DNA of 64,000 nt. Source: Acidobacteriota bacterium. GTDB taxonomy: Bacteria > Acidobacteriota > UBA6911 > RPQK01 > JAJDTT01. The notes under the pieces were generated by a model. That model was not told the origin of the DNA and ran no database searches. It saw only the letters and a program-made list of their open reading frames with translations. Of the stretch, positions 19,121 through 28,829 are shown one piece after another. The stretch is from positions 5,088,001 through 5,152,000 of the forward strand of contig OZ253580.1 of NCBI GenBank assembly GCA_965263035.1, written 5' to 3'. The translations under genes and the position numbers were made by a program. Positions within the stretch are counted from its first letter, which is position 1; each line of letters opens with the position of its first letter.

Positions 19121-19576
19121 TCAATCGTCAACGAAGTTTTTCAGCTTCGAATACAGGTCTGTCAGCCTATCCACATGAAGCCATACGCCCGGGTTTTTCA
19201 CGAGCTGGAACAATTGAGCGTATTTTTTCTCCCCGGTGCTGCCTTGGGCGAATTCCGCGTATACCTCGGGTGTTTCCTTTATTGCGTTCGTCAACAGCTG
19301 CCGAAACTGGTCCAGCTCGTAGTCAACCCCCTTTTGGAAGTTTGGATATTCGCCACACGCATCCAACAGAGGCTGGACGTGCGTTTTGAACTTCTCCATA
19401 TCCTTCAGTTCTTCTTCCTGGTTGGGAACCCCGCCCGTATTCTTTTCCCAAAGTAGCGTCATAATATGGAAGTTAATCGCCAAAAGGAGATTGATCACAA
19501 GAACCTGGCCTTGGACTATTTGATTCGCTTCGTTAACTTCTTCAGCGAGTTCCGCCAAGGGACTCTTGTATGCCAT
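19121..19576 (-). CDS. Hypothetical cargo protein of E1
   Basis: 151-aa ORF with AGGAG RBS; no family recognised. Confidence 0.6.
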   Translation of the reverse strand: MAYKSPLAELAEEVNEANQIVQGQVLVINLLLAINFHIMTLLWEKNTGGVPNQEEELKDMEKFKTHVQPLLDACGEYPNFQKGVDYELDQFRQLLTNAIKETPEVYAEFAQGSTGEKKYAQLFQLVKNPGVWLHVDRLTDLYSKLKNFVDD

Positions 19577-20061
19577 CTCTACTCCTGTTCTGGTAAGCGG
19601 GGATGGGTGCCGGCGACACTACTCCCCCCAACCTGACCGGACTGTACTTTGGCCCCCTGACACTATGCTTGGCGCGTCCGCCGCAAGAGGCGGTGCCCAG
19701 CCTTTTAGATGCGTCACACGCCGTCTTTATACCCATCGGCAAACCCTTCCCGGTACTTCAGCAGTCCAACTCCTGACGCCTTCGTTTGATAATTGCCTTT
19801 CAGGGGAATATACTTACAGTCCTTTCGCTACCGTCAGGCCGGGACACGACGCCGGTAGGCGGGCCGAGGTTTTCTAACGTGGCCTCGGTGGTTGAGCCGC
19901 CCCTTCCTCGGTCGTAATCAGAGAATTTCACAATCTACGGTTTCGCACCCTGGGAGGGGTGAATCTCCCTCCCTTCCTTTCCCCTTGCGCCTTGTCATCC
20001 TGGCCTGTTACCCTCCCACGCAGTGTTAAAAGGGTAAACGGTCCCACCCCCAGCCAAATGG

Positions 20062-20852
20062 CTTTGGACATGGCTCTGGTCGGAGGCGGCTCCACAGATG
20101 CTCCCGAGGGTGACGTAGATCACCGAACCGAATACGGTGACCCGAACCGCCGGGTCGAAGCTGAACCAAGGCTGGTGGTCCCAATGAGGCTGCCAGGAGG
20201 TTGGGATCCAGGTGACGGCGCCCAGTTGGTAGGTCACGATCCCGATCACCAGCCAAGCTCCTCCCAGCATGAGGGTCAGTTGGAGGGTGTCCGTGATGAC
20301 GACGGTTCGCAGACCCCCGACCGACGTGTAGATCACGGCGACGAAACCCGTGACCAGGATGACGACTGGAATCCACGATTCGTCCACGCCCAACATGACG
20401 GTCATGGCCCGGGCCGACAGGTAGACGAGAAGCGACATCCAGATCAGGCGCGAAAAGAGAAATATGGCGGCGCCCAGGAGCCGGATCCGCAGACCCAGTC
20501 TCTCTTCCAGGTACTCGTAGGCACTGATGACGCGCCGGCGCATGTAGAGCGGAAGGAAGACGTATCCCATGACCAGGTAGAGGATGGGATAGACCATGAA
20601 GTTGTTGAACATGGCGCCCGGGCCCTTGCCGATGGCCTCGCCGGGGACCGACAGGTAGGAGATGGTGCTCAGACCGGTCGCGAAGATGGAGAACCCCACC
20701 AGGGTGGAATTCATGCGCCCGCTGCCGGTGAAGTATTCGTTGAGGCTGGTCTGACGGCGGCCGTAGAAATATCCCAAGGCGAGCGTGCCCAGCGCGTAGA
20801 GAGCGATGATCGCCCAGTCGATGACTGCGAGTCCCGCGCTCGGGCTATTCAC
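20062..20852 (-). pseudogene. Sodium:solute symporter, 5' half (split by E1)
   Basis: IDWAII..EYFTG..SAYEYLEERLG..GGLRTVVITDTLQ..SDQSHVQ, then foreign sequence. Confidence 0.9.
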
Positions 20853-21270
20853 GGAGGCCCTCCTGGCCTCCGGTGAGGACTTCGGCGTCGGTTGCGGCTT
20901 TCCGGGAGCGATCCCGCAAGGTGAGCCCGACGCCGCCGGCAACGGAGGTCAGGAAGGCGCCGGCGATGACAGGTTCCAACACCGGATCCGGTATCTCGAG
21001 ACCGGTTCCTTCCCGGATCAGAAAGCCGATGTAGTTGTGGGGCAGGTTGAGCTCACCCAGCGATCGCCGGACCTGCCAGTGCCAGTCGGTGCAGATGCAG
21101 TATCCCCACCCCCGCCAGTAGCCGAATCCGAACCAGGAAATAGCGGTCAGGGCCAGTGCCGCCAGGGTCAGCCGCCGGGTTCGGGGCCAGATCCAACCCA
21201 GAACCACCAGGAGGATCCAGAGGGAATGGAAAAGGAGAAAACAGACGTCCAGCAGTTGGAGAAAGCTCAT
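20845..21270 (-). CDS. DUF2784-family membrane protein
   Basis: FH..W, GWGYCICTDWHWQVR. Confidence 0.75.
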   Translation of the reverse strand: MSFLQLLDVCFLLFHSLWILLVVLGWIWPRTRRLTLAALALTAISWFGFGYWRGWGYCICTDWHWQVRRSLGELNLPHNYIGFLIREGTGLEIPDPVLEPVIAGAFLTSVAGGVGLTLRDRSRKAATDAEVLTGGQEGLRE

Positions 21271-21488
21271 CGTTCCCTTCCATCTGCGACGCCTCCTTGT
21301 CTTTCCACCCAATCCAACCAATCGTAGTCGAACGATACTGTCCGGCGTGTCCGTCCGCAAATCCGGCGCCGAGCCACCGGCAGAATCCGCACTTCTCCCA
21401 GCCGCCCGGAAGCCTTCTCTCTTCCCTCATTATCCGCATCGCCGCCTTGATTCCGCTTCGGGAAATATGACAAGATGCGCGCCCAAAT

Positions 21489-23198
21489 ATGGACGCATTG
21501 AAGTGTGATCTTCTGATCGTGGGCGGCGGGGCAGCCGGCCTGCGAGCCGCAGTGGCGGCGGTCGAGGTTCAGCCGGACCTGGACATCGTCGTCGTCTCCA
21601 AGGTCTATCCCATGCGTAGCCACACGGTGTCGGCCGAGGGCGGCACGGCGGCAGTGCTGCGGGAATACGACAGCCTGGAACTGCACTGCTTCGATACCAT
21701 CCGCGGAAGTGACTACTTGGCGGACCAGGACGCCGTCGAGCTGTTCGTCGACACGGCTCCCGACGAAGTTCTGCAGTTGGAGCACTGGGGATGTCCGTGG
21801 AGCCGGGACCGGGACGGGCGTATCAGCGTTCGGGCCTTCGGCGGCATGAGCGTCAAGCGCACCGTCTTCGCTTCGGACAAGACCGGCTTCCACATGCTCC
21901 ACAGCCTCTTCCAGCACTCGCTGCGGTATGCCAGGATCCGTCGCTATGACGAGTGGTTCGTCACCTCTCTCCTGGTGGACGACGGTAAATGCGTGGGTGT
22001 GACCGGCCTGGATCTGGCCACCGGACGGATTCAACCGATCCTGGCCAAGTCCGTGATGCTCTGCACGGGCGGAGGCGGCCGGATCTTCCCCTTCACCACC
22101 AACGGCAACATCAAGACCGGAGACGGGATGGCCATGGCCTACCGGGCCGGGGCGCCGCTGAAGGACATGGAGTTCGTCCAGTACCATCCCACGGGCCTGC
22201 CCGGGACCGGAATCCTGATTACGGAGGCCTCCCGGGGCGAAGGCGGGTATCTCTTCAACCGCGAGGGCGAGAGGTTCCTGGAGCGCTATATCCCCGGCAA
22301 GATGGAGCTGGGACCCAGGGACATCCTCTCCAGGGCCATCATTACCGAACGTCAGGCGGGCCGGACCTTCGAGGGCCGTCATGGAGAATATGTCCATCTC
22401 GACCTCACCCATCTGGGTGAGAAGGTCATCAACGAGAAGCTTCCCTTCGTTCGGGAGTTGGCGTCCAAGTACGTCGGGATCGACCCGGTGCATCAACCGA
22501 TTCCGGTCCGCCCCGTGGTGCACTACATGATGGGAGGCGTGAGTACCGCAAACGACGGGAGCACTCCCTTGGAGGGTCTCTACGCGGCCGGAGAAGTCGC
22601 CTGCGTGACCATCAACGGCGCCAATCGCCTGGGCTCCAATTCCCTGACCGAGTGCCTGGTCTTCGGCGGATTCGCCGGCGAGGCGGCCGCCCGCCACGCC
22701 GTCTCCAACGAGCTGGTCGATCCGGGCCGGGTCCAGGCGGCGGCCCGCAGGGAGGAGCAGCGGATCGAGCAGGGATTCCTCCGTCGGGAAGACGGGACCC
22801 AGCGCATCAGCGGTCTGCGGGGCGAGATGCAGTCCGCCATGGAGAAGGGGTGCGGAGTCTATCGGACCCGGGACAGTCTGCTGGAGACCACTATGGAACT
22901 GGCGGAGTTGAGAGAACGATTCGCCAACTTGCGCATCGACGACCGGGGCAAGGTCTTCAACACCGATCTGGTGGCGGCACTGGAACTGGATTTCATGCTG
23001 GACGTGGCCCGCTGCATCGCCGGCGCCGCGTTGACCCGCGAGGAGTCGCGCGGGGCTCAGGCCCGGGTCGACTTTCCCGAGCGCGACGACGAACGGTTCC
23101 TGCATCACCAGCTGTCTCTCTTCTCCGAGGAGGGTCCACGGTTGGAGACCCAGCCGGTGACCATCACCCGCTGGGCTCCCGAGGAGCGGAAATATTGA
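21489..23198 (+). CDS. frdA: Fumarate reductase flavoprotein subunit
   Basis: [44 protein letters not shown]. Confidence 0.93.
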   Translation: MDALKCDLLIVGGGAAGLRAAVAAVEVQPDLDIVVVSKVYPMRSHTVSAEGGTAAVLREYDSLELHCFDTIRGSDYLADQDAVELFVDTAPDEVLQLEHWGCPWSRDRDGRISVRAFGGMSVKRTVFASDKTGFHMLHSLFQHSLRYARIRRYDEWFVTSLLVDDGKCVGVTGLDLATGRIQPILAKSVMLCTGGGGRIFPFTTNGNIKTGDGMAMAYRAGAPLKDMEFVQYHPTGLPGTGILITEASRGEGGYLFNREGERFLERYIPGKMELGPRDILSRAIITERQAGRTFEGRHGEYVHLDLTHLGEKVINEKLPFVRELASKYVGIDPVHQPIPVRPVVHYMMGGVSTANDGSTPLEGLYAAGEVACVTINGANRLGSNSLTECLVFGGFAGEAAARHAVSNELVDPGRVQAAARREEQRIEQGFLRREDGTQRISGLRGEMQSAMEKGCGVYRTRDSLLETTMELAELRERFANLRIDDRGKVFNTDLVAALELDFMLDVARCIAGAALTREESRGAQARVDFPERDDERFLHHQLSLFSEEGPRLETQPVTITRWAPEERKY

Positions 23199-23218
23199 GC
23201 CAGGAGCGAGATTCCGCG

Positions 23219-23956
23219 ATGAAGACCATCGACATCACCGTCACCCGGTTCGATCCGGAGAACAGTTCCGCCCCGTACGATCAGACGTACACCATCCCCT
23301 ACGACGACGAGATGGTGGTTCTGGACGGCCTCAACTACATCAAGGACCATGTGGACGGCAGCCTGACCTATCGCTGGTCCTGCCGAATGGGGGTCTGCGG
23401 GAGCTGCGGCATGATGGTCAACGGAGTGCCCGTACTGACCTGTGCCGTCTTCCTGAAGGACTATCCGCAGGGCGTGCGCGTGGGTCCGCTGGACCATTTC
23501 CCGGTAGTCCGGGATCTGGTCATCGAGATGGATGACTTCATGGACAAGCTCCGGGCGGTGAAGCCCTGGATGATTCGCGAGCAGGAGAAGCCGGTTCAGG
23601 AGGGCGAATATCTGCAATCCCCCGAGGAGCTGGAGCTCTTTCGACAGTTCAGCATGTGCATCAACTGCGCCCTCTGCTATGCGGCCTGTCCTGTCTACGC
23701 CGCGGACAAGACCTTCATCGGACCTGCCGCCATCGCCTTGGCGCACCGGTATGACATGGACTCCAGGGAAGAGGGCCAGGACCAGCGGGCCGAGGTCATC
23801 GGAAGCCACGAGGGGATCTGGGAATGCTCCTTCGTCGGCGAGTGCTCGGTGGTGTGTCCCAAGCACGTGGACCCGGCGGCGGCGATCCAGCGTTCCAAGG
23901 TGCGGCTGACGAAGGACCATATCCTTTCGTTGCTCTGGCCCTGGGGGAAATCGTGA
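23219..23956 (+). CDS. frdB: Fumarate reductase iron-sulfur subunit
   Basis: YRWSCRMGVCGSC, CINCALCYAACP, CSFVGECSVVCPK. Confidence 0.93.
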   Translation: MKTIDITVTRFDPENSSAPYDQTYTIPYDDEMVVLDGLNYIKDHVDGSLTYRWSCRMGVCGSCGMMVNGVPVLTCAVFLKDYPQGVRVGPLDHFPVVRDLVIEMDDFMDKLRAVKPWMIREQEKPVQEGEYLQSPEELELFRQFSMCINCALCYAACPVYAADKTFIGPAAIALAHRYDMDSREEGQDQRAEVIGSHEGIWECSFVGECSVVCPKHVDPAAAIQRSKVRLTKDHILSLLWPWGKS

Positions 23957-24357
23957 GCCTCCCTTCGTCGCAGCGTCCGCCTCGGTATCGGCCCCAGCGG
24001 TCGTCCCTCTGGTGGCTGAGCCAGGGACGGTATTTTCTGTTTATGCTCCGGGAGCTGTCGGCGGTGTTCGTCGCGCTCTATGTGCTCAGTTATCTGGTGG
24101 GCCTGTATCGGCTGTCTCAAGGGAAGGACAGCTATGAGGCCTACCTTTCCATGCTCCAGCACCCGGCCGTCCTCGTCTTCCTGGGAGTGGCCCTGGTCTT
24201 CTGCCTGTTGCACACGGTGACCTGGATCCACCTGACCCCCATCGTGATGGTGGTTCGGATGGGGCGGAAGGTGGTCCCGGCCAAGTTGGTGCTGGCGGCA
24301 AACTATCTGGCCTGGATCCTGGTTTCCGGGGTCCTCTGGTACTTGGTGGTGAACTGA
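23953..24357 (+). CDS. frdC: Fumarate reductase anchor subunit C
   Basis: WW...FMLRE, LLHTVTW, three TM helices. Confidence 0.85.
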   Translation: MSLPSSQRPPRYRPQRSSLWWLSQGRYFLFMLRELSAVFVALYVLSYLVGLYRLSQGKDSYEAYLSMLQHPAVLVFLGVALVFCLLHTVTWIHLTPIVMVVRMGRKVVPAKLVLAANYLAWILVSGVLWYLVVN

Positions 24358-24358
24358 G

Positions 24359-24712
24359 ATGGGTGTCCGGCTCAAGACGGCTGACCCCATCTGGTGGGGA
24401 CTCTTTTCGGCGGGCGGCACGGTGGCGGCCTTCCTGGTCCCGGTCCACATCCTGGTTACCGGCTTGGGCATCGGCTTGGGCTGGATTCCTCTCGAGACGC
24501 TCTCCTACGAGCGGGTTCGGGAACTCCTGGAGAACCCGCTGGTTCGGCTCTACCTTCTGGTTCTCATTTCCTTGCCTCTCTTCCACTCTGCTCACCGTCT
24601 CCGGCACATCCTGATCGACCTGGGACGCGGAGCCCTCAGGACGCCCATCTCGTTCCTCTGCTACGGTTGCGCCATTGCGGGAACGGCGGCCGCCGTCTGG
24701 CTACTGGTGTAG
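24359..24712 (+). CDS. frdD: Fumarate reductase anchor subunit D
   Basis: PIWWGLFSAGG, LPLFHSAHRLRH..DL, CYG. Confidence 0.88.
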   Translation: MGVRLKTADPIWWGLFSAGGTVAAFLVPVHILVTGLGIGLGWIPLETLSYERVRELLENPLVRLYLLVLISLPLFHSAHRLRHILIDLGRGALRTPISFLCYGCAIAGTAAAVWLLV

Positions 24713-24735
24713 GGAGGGGCGATTTCCAATCGCCC
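24713..24735 (+). repeat. REP-like palindrome
   Basis: GGAG-GGGCGATTTCCAATCGCCC; relatives at 32690-32712, 32762-32783, 38815-38838 and 47241-47264. Confidence 0.6.
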
Positions 24736-24891
24736 ATTCTGGACTGCAGAGGGGAGACTCCGTCCGCCCTGCTTCCCCCTGTCGGCGGCAAGGATGCCGC
24801 CGCTCCACCCCGCCGATCCTTTCGAAACGAAACCTTATTCCAGAAAAATCCGTCTACTAATCAGGACAGGTTCCAAGAACAGGAGACGGAA

Positions 24892-26412
24892 ATGAGAAAA
24901 TCCAGATTCGCAATGGCTGATGGAATGAACGGAACTGTTTTCGCGGGAACGGATCCCACGTGGCGCCGGAAGACGAATCCGAACCGGTGGGACCGGGATG
25001 AGATTCTGGAGCCGGAGCCGGCTGCGGCCCGGGGAGAGCACGGGGACGACACGATCTACGCCTACCTTAAGGAAATGGGTTCCATACCCTTGCTCACAGC
25101 CCGCCAGGAGGTCGAAGTCGCGCGCCGGTTGGCTAAGGGCCGGGAGCGGATCGCCGATTCTCTGTACCGTTGCCCCATCGCCGTCGGAGAGCTTCTGGTC
25201 TGGGGACAAAGGCTACAGGTCGGTGAGATGCGGATTCGCGAGATTGCCCGCCTGGATTCCGATGCCACCGCGGGAGTCGAACCGCTGGACTGGTTCCGGG
25301 CTCAACTGAGGGCCATTGCCCGCTTGGACCGCCACGCCCGACAGCTCTGGCGTCGTTGGCGGGAGGTGGTTCAACGAGGAGAGCCCGGCTTCCGGGAACT
25401 CCTGGGATTGGCTCGGGCACGCGGCGCGACCGCCGCACGGATTCGGAAGCTCGGTCTGAAGGAGGAAGCGCGAGCCCGGTTGCTCAAGTCGCTCAAGACC
25501 TCACTGGAACCGTTTCTGGACCTTATGAAGAAGAGCGAGAGTCTCCGGGAGGGCCAAACGGAACTGGACCGGGACCGGTATCGGCAGGTTTGCAGCGAAC
25601 TGGAGCAGTGGGAGCAGTCCCGGTACGTGACCCGGGAGCAGGTGCGCCGAACCTTCGGACGCATCTGCGACGCGGAGCGCCGGGCCGACGACGCCAAGCA
25701 GGAGCTGGTGCAGTCGAACCTGCGGTTGGTCGTGTCCGTGGCCAAGAAATACCGGGGCCGCGGGCTGGCCTTCCTGGATTTGATCCAGGAGGGGAACATC
25801 GGCCTGATGAAGGCGGTCGACCGCTTCAATCACCGTCTGGGATTCAAGTTCTCCACTTACGCCCACTGGTGGATCCGGCAGGCGATCCAGCGATCCATCT
25901 CCGAGAAGGGGAGAACGATTCGACTTCCTGTCCACATCTCCGAGGTCGTCTACAAATCCGTCCGGACGGCTCGCGAGTGGACCCGGGTCCATGGCCGCAA
26001 ACCCAGTACGGAAGAGATCGCCGGAGTCGTGGGACTGCCGGCGGAGCGGGTCCAGCGCATCCTGGATATCGCACGAAATCCGGTTTCCCTGGAAGTCCCG
26101 ATCGGCCGGGACGAGGAGGGTAAGCTGCAGGATGTCCTCGAGGACTGCACCAGCGAGTCTCCTTCCGAAGAACTGCTGCGTCAGAGCGTGGCGGACGAGA
26201 CCTCAGGCATCCTCATGAATCTGGACTCCCGGGAAGAGCGGGTGCTGCGCCTGAGGTTCGGCGTTGGGGAAGATAGCGGGCATACTCTGGAGCAGATCGG
26301 CCGCGTATTCTCCCTGACCCGGGAGCGGATCCGGCAGATCGAGGCCATGGCACTCCGCAGGTTGCGGCGGGCCTATGCCGGCCGGCACCCAGTCCAGGCT
26401 GCCCCAAGGTAA
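24892..26412 (+). CDS. Sigma70-family RpoD-like sigma factor lacking an obvious region 1.1
   Basis: YLKEMGSIPLL, NLRLVVSVAKKY, DLIQEGNIGLMKAV, WWIRQAI, TRERIRQIE. Confidence 0.9.
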   Translation: MRKSRFAMADGMNGTVFAGTDPTWRRKTNPNRWDRDEILEPEPAAARGEHGDDTIYAYLKEMGSIPLLTARQEVEVARRLAKGRERIADSLYRCPIAVGELLVWGQRLQVGEMRIREIARLDSDATAGVEPLDWFRAQLRAIARLDRHARQLWRRWREVVQRGEPGFRELLGLARARGATAARIRKLGLKEEARARLLKSLKTSLEPFLDLMKKSESLREGQTELDRDRYRQVCSELEQWEQSRYVTREQVRRTFGRICDAERRADDAKQELVQSNLRLVVSVAKKYRGRGLAFLDLIQEGNIGLMKAVDRFNHRLGFKFSTYAHWWIRQAIQRSISEKGRTIRLPVHISEVVYKSVRTAREWTRVHGRKPSTEEIAGVVGLPAERVQRILDIARNPVSLEVPIGRDEEGKLQDVLEDCTSESPSEELLRQSVADETSGILMNLDSREERVLRLRFGVGEDSGHTLEQIGRVFSLTRERIRQIEAMALRRLRRAYAGRHPVQAAPR

Positions 26413-26438
26413 GTCCCCGCCGGGGCCATCCGGCAAGG

Positions 26439-28829
26439 CTACTCGATGGTCACCAGGATGGGCCGGGAGGCGTAGTCGACCGACTCTTCCAGGATTCCCA
26501 AACCCCTCATCTTTTCGGTTCGCTCGCTACGGTGCCGGGTGACGACGTAGATGGGAACGGTCATGGGCTCCAGCGATTTCTCCGCCAGAATATTCAAGGT
26601 GCGGGAGTGTTCCCCCTTGCTGATGACCAGACCGGCATTGGTGGACCGTCCGTCAACGAAAAGGCCGGGGGGACGATTCTTAACTTCGATGCCCACCTCA
26701 TGGGCGAAGTCATCCGGACAGTCGATCCGCACATGGAGGCGGCCTTGGGTTCCACGCCGCAGGACCAGATGCTCCGGTTCCACCAGAGGCCGGATAGTGG
26801 GGGGAGGGACCAGGGAGACCAGGTTCAGCCCGCTGTCCGGGTCCACCGCGGGATGGATTCTTTCCGCACCGCCGATGCTGGCGCGCCCTTGGATCTTGAG
26901 CCTGTGATCAGGTCGTACCGGAGGTGCGGAGGAGTCCGCCGTTAAGATCAGGGTCGTCTGGAACTCGTCCCGGCGGATGGTCCCCGGCTCGGCCCGGATG
27001 CCGGGCGGAAGATCCAGGGCCTCGATTCGAATCTCGTCCCGAAACCCGTCGATCCGCAGGGCCGACACCACCAGAGGAACGCTCCCACCCAGGGGGACGT
27101 TGGGGCTCCTGGCTCCGGCTCCCCTCAGGTCCCGCTGTTGCATGAAACCGTCGTCAAGATAGAGCCGGAAATCGGGTCGCGCCGGACGGACCGTGAGACG
27201 GTACGCATGGTGGGGTCCTCCCGAGCCGTGCAGGTCCCGCAGCCGAACCAGGTATTCTCCGTCCGCCGGGGGGTCGAACAGGAGATACGAGTCCTTGCCG
27301 TAGACGGGACCGCCGTCGTCGTTCCGGTAGAAGAGGGTCAGGGTGGACGACCCTCCCGGGGCCGGAGCCTCGGGGGGGAGGATTTCCACCTTTCGGGCGT
27401 TGTAGTTCTTGGGGTGGTTCTGGGGACTGGTGCCCAACCAGGCCAGGCGCTGCCCCAAGAGGCCCTGGGCCAGGGAGAAGTCGTCCGAGTGGCGGAGTCC
27501 CTCTTCCAGGCGGACCAGCTCCCGCTCGCTCAGGAGGACGAAGTCTCGCCCCCGAAACGCCATTCCGCTGGCCAGGTCGAACCGCTGCAATTGCAGGGAA
27601 CGGGAGGCCAGGGGTTCCAGGTGGCTTCCTTCGAAGACGGTCCTGAGTCGGGCCCGGGGCAGGGAACGCCCTTGGAGGTCCAGGATTTCGATATGCGAAT
27701 CCAGGGGTGAATCGAGCCGTTGTGACACGACCTCCAAGGCCAGAGGTTGACCGTGGCGAGCCGGAAAGCGGAACACGTCGGCGTCCCGGGTCGAATCGAT
27801 CCGGCCGTTGACGGTGATCGGCACGGAGATCGGCTGAGCCGTCTCCGGGGCGTCGTTCTCCTCCAGTTCCAAAGTCTCACCGTGGCGTCCCACGGCGATC
27901 CTGACCGGGTTGAGGGCCGGACCCCGGGGCGTCCGGATCGTCAGGTCCCGAAAGCCGTCTTCTCGGGGTGGCCGATCCCCGCGGAGCCGAATCCTGGTTT
28001 GATCTCCCAGATTGAAGCCTTCCAACCGCGCTTCCACCTCTTCGCCCCGACGCCCGCCCGCGGGGAACAGTTGGGTCACATAGGGAATGGGCCCCATGGT
28101 GAGGCGGTAGAAACTCCGGGCGCCGCCTCCGCCTGCGAAATCGGTGACCCGGACCGTGTAGCGGCCCGATCGGGGCAGCCGCAATCCCAGCATGGCGTCG
28201 AGGTTTCGCGGAGAGGCGTTGTTGCTGCTGGCCAGGACGCGTCCCTCCGGTCCCGTGAGGGTAAGGGCGCCATCCAGCCGGGAACCCAGGGGGTGGGCCT
28301 GGAGTTGAAGCACCAACTCCTCGCCCCGGCGCCCTTCCAACTGGAAATAGTCCTCCTCTCCCCCTTTGGCGATGACGCCGTTCACCGTCACGGGCAGAGT
28401 CACCGGTTGGGCTCCGGCGAGGGTGCCGTTTCCGGCGGATTCGCGGACTTCGGGGAATCGCCCGACGGCGAAGGGAATCCAGTTGCTGGCACCGTGCCGG
28501 GTCTTGACTCGGAATCCGTAGATTGCGGGAGGCGTTGCCTCGTGAACGTCGACTTCCAGACGCAACCGCGCCAGCGGGGTCTGGAACCGGCCGTTGGGAC
28601 CGTCCCATTTCTCGCGGATGGTCGCCGTTATCTCCGACGTATTGAAAATTAGATTTTCAGCCTCTTTGAGGTGTAATCCCTCCAAAATGACTTGAACTCT
28701 GGATCCGGCCTGAGCCCCGGTAGGGTTGGCCACGTTGACCACCGGCGCGGAAGGGTAGTAGGTCGTAGCCAATCCCCAGGAAATGGCGGCGAAAAAGGTC
28801 AGGATCTGAGTTCCGGATTCCAGGCGCAT
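26439..28829 (-). CDS. PPC-domain (pre-peptidase C-terminal) repeat protein of the DUF1501 cluster
   Basis: LPVTVNGVI..EEDYF, LGSRLD, D..L.F.PPADGEYLVRLRD. Confidence 0.75.
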   Translation of the reverse strand: MRLESGTQILTFFAAISWGLATTYYPSAPVVNVANPTGAQAGSRVQVILEGLHLKEAENLIFNTSEITATIREKWDGPNGRFQTPLARLRLEVDVHEATPPAIYGFRVKTRHGASNWIPFAVGRFPEVRESAGNGTLAGAQPVTLPVTVNGVIAKGGEEDYFQLEGRRGEELVLQLQAHPLGSRLDGALTLTGPEGRVLASSNNASPRNLDAMLGLRLPRSGRYTVRVTDFAGGGGARSFYRLTMGPIPYVTQLFPAGGRRGEEVEARLEGFNLGDQTRIRLRGDRPPREDGFRDLTIRTPRGPALNPVRIAVGRHGETLELEENDAPETAQPISVPITVNGRIDSTRDADVFRFPARHGQPLALEVVSQRLDSPLDSHIEILDLQGRSLPRARLRTVFEGSHLEPLASRSLQLQRFDLASGMAFRGRDFVLLSERELVRLEEGLRHSDDFSLAQGLLGQRLAWLGTSPQNHPKNYNARKVEILPPEAPAPGGSSTLTLFYRNDDGGPVYGKDSYLLFDPPADGEYLVRLRDLHGSGGPHHAYRLTVRPARPDFRLYLDDGFMQQRDLRGAGARSPNVPLGGSVPLVVSALRIDGFRDEIRIEALDLPPGIRAEPGTIRRDEFQTTLILTADSSAPPVRPDHRLKIQGRASIGGAERIHPAVDPDSGLNLVSLVPPPTIRPLVEPEHLVLRRGTQGRLHVRIDCPDDFAHEVGIEVKNRPPGLFVDGRSTNAGLVISKGEHSRTLNILAEKSLEPMTVPIYVVTRHRSERTEKMRGLGILEESVDYASRPILVTIE

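Larger units (their letters stand above)
10863..20067. mobile_element. Element E1: integrated tail-less capsid-encoding satellite-like element
   Basis: CTTTGG direct repeat at 10863-10868 and 20062-20067; removal restores the symporter ORF; lower GC; recombinase plus head genes. Confidence 0.9.

Noticed and set aside
21267-23108. Long antisense or alternate-frame ORFs (also 3-1253, 6309-7913, 29238-31673, 34499-36742, 57397-58935)
   Set aside because: Shadow ORFs typical of high-GC coding DNA overlapping well-supported genes.
24394-24891. N-terminal extension of the sigma factor ORF
   Set aside because: It overlaps frdD and a REP-like element; an AGGAG RBS precedes ATG 24892.
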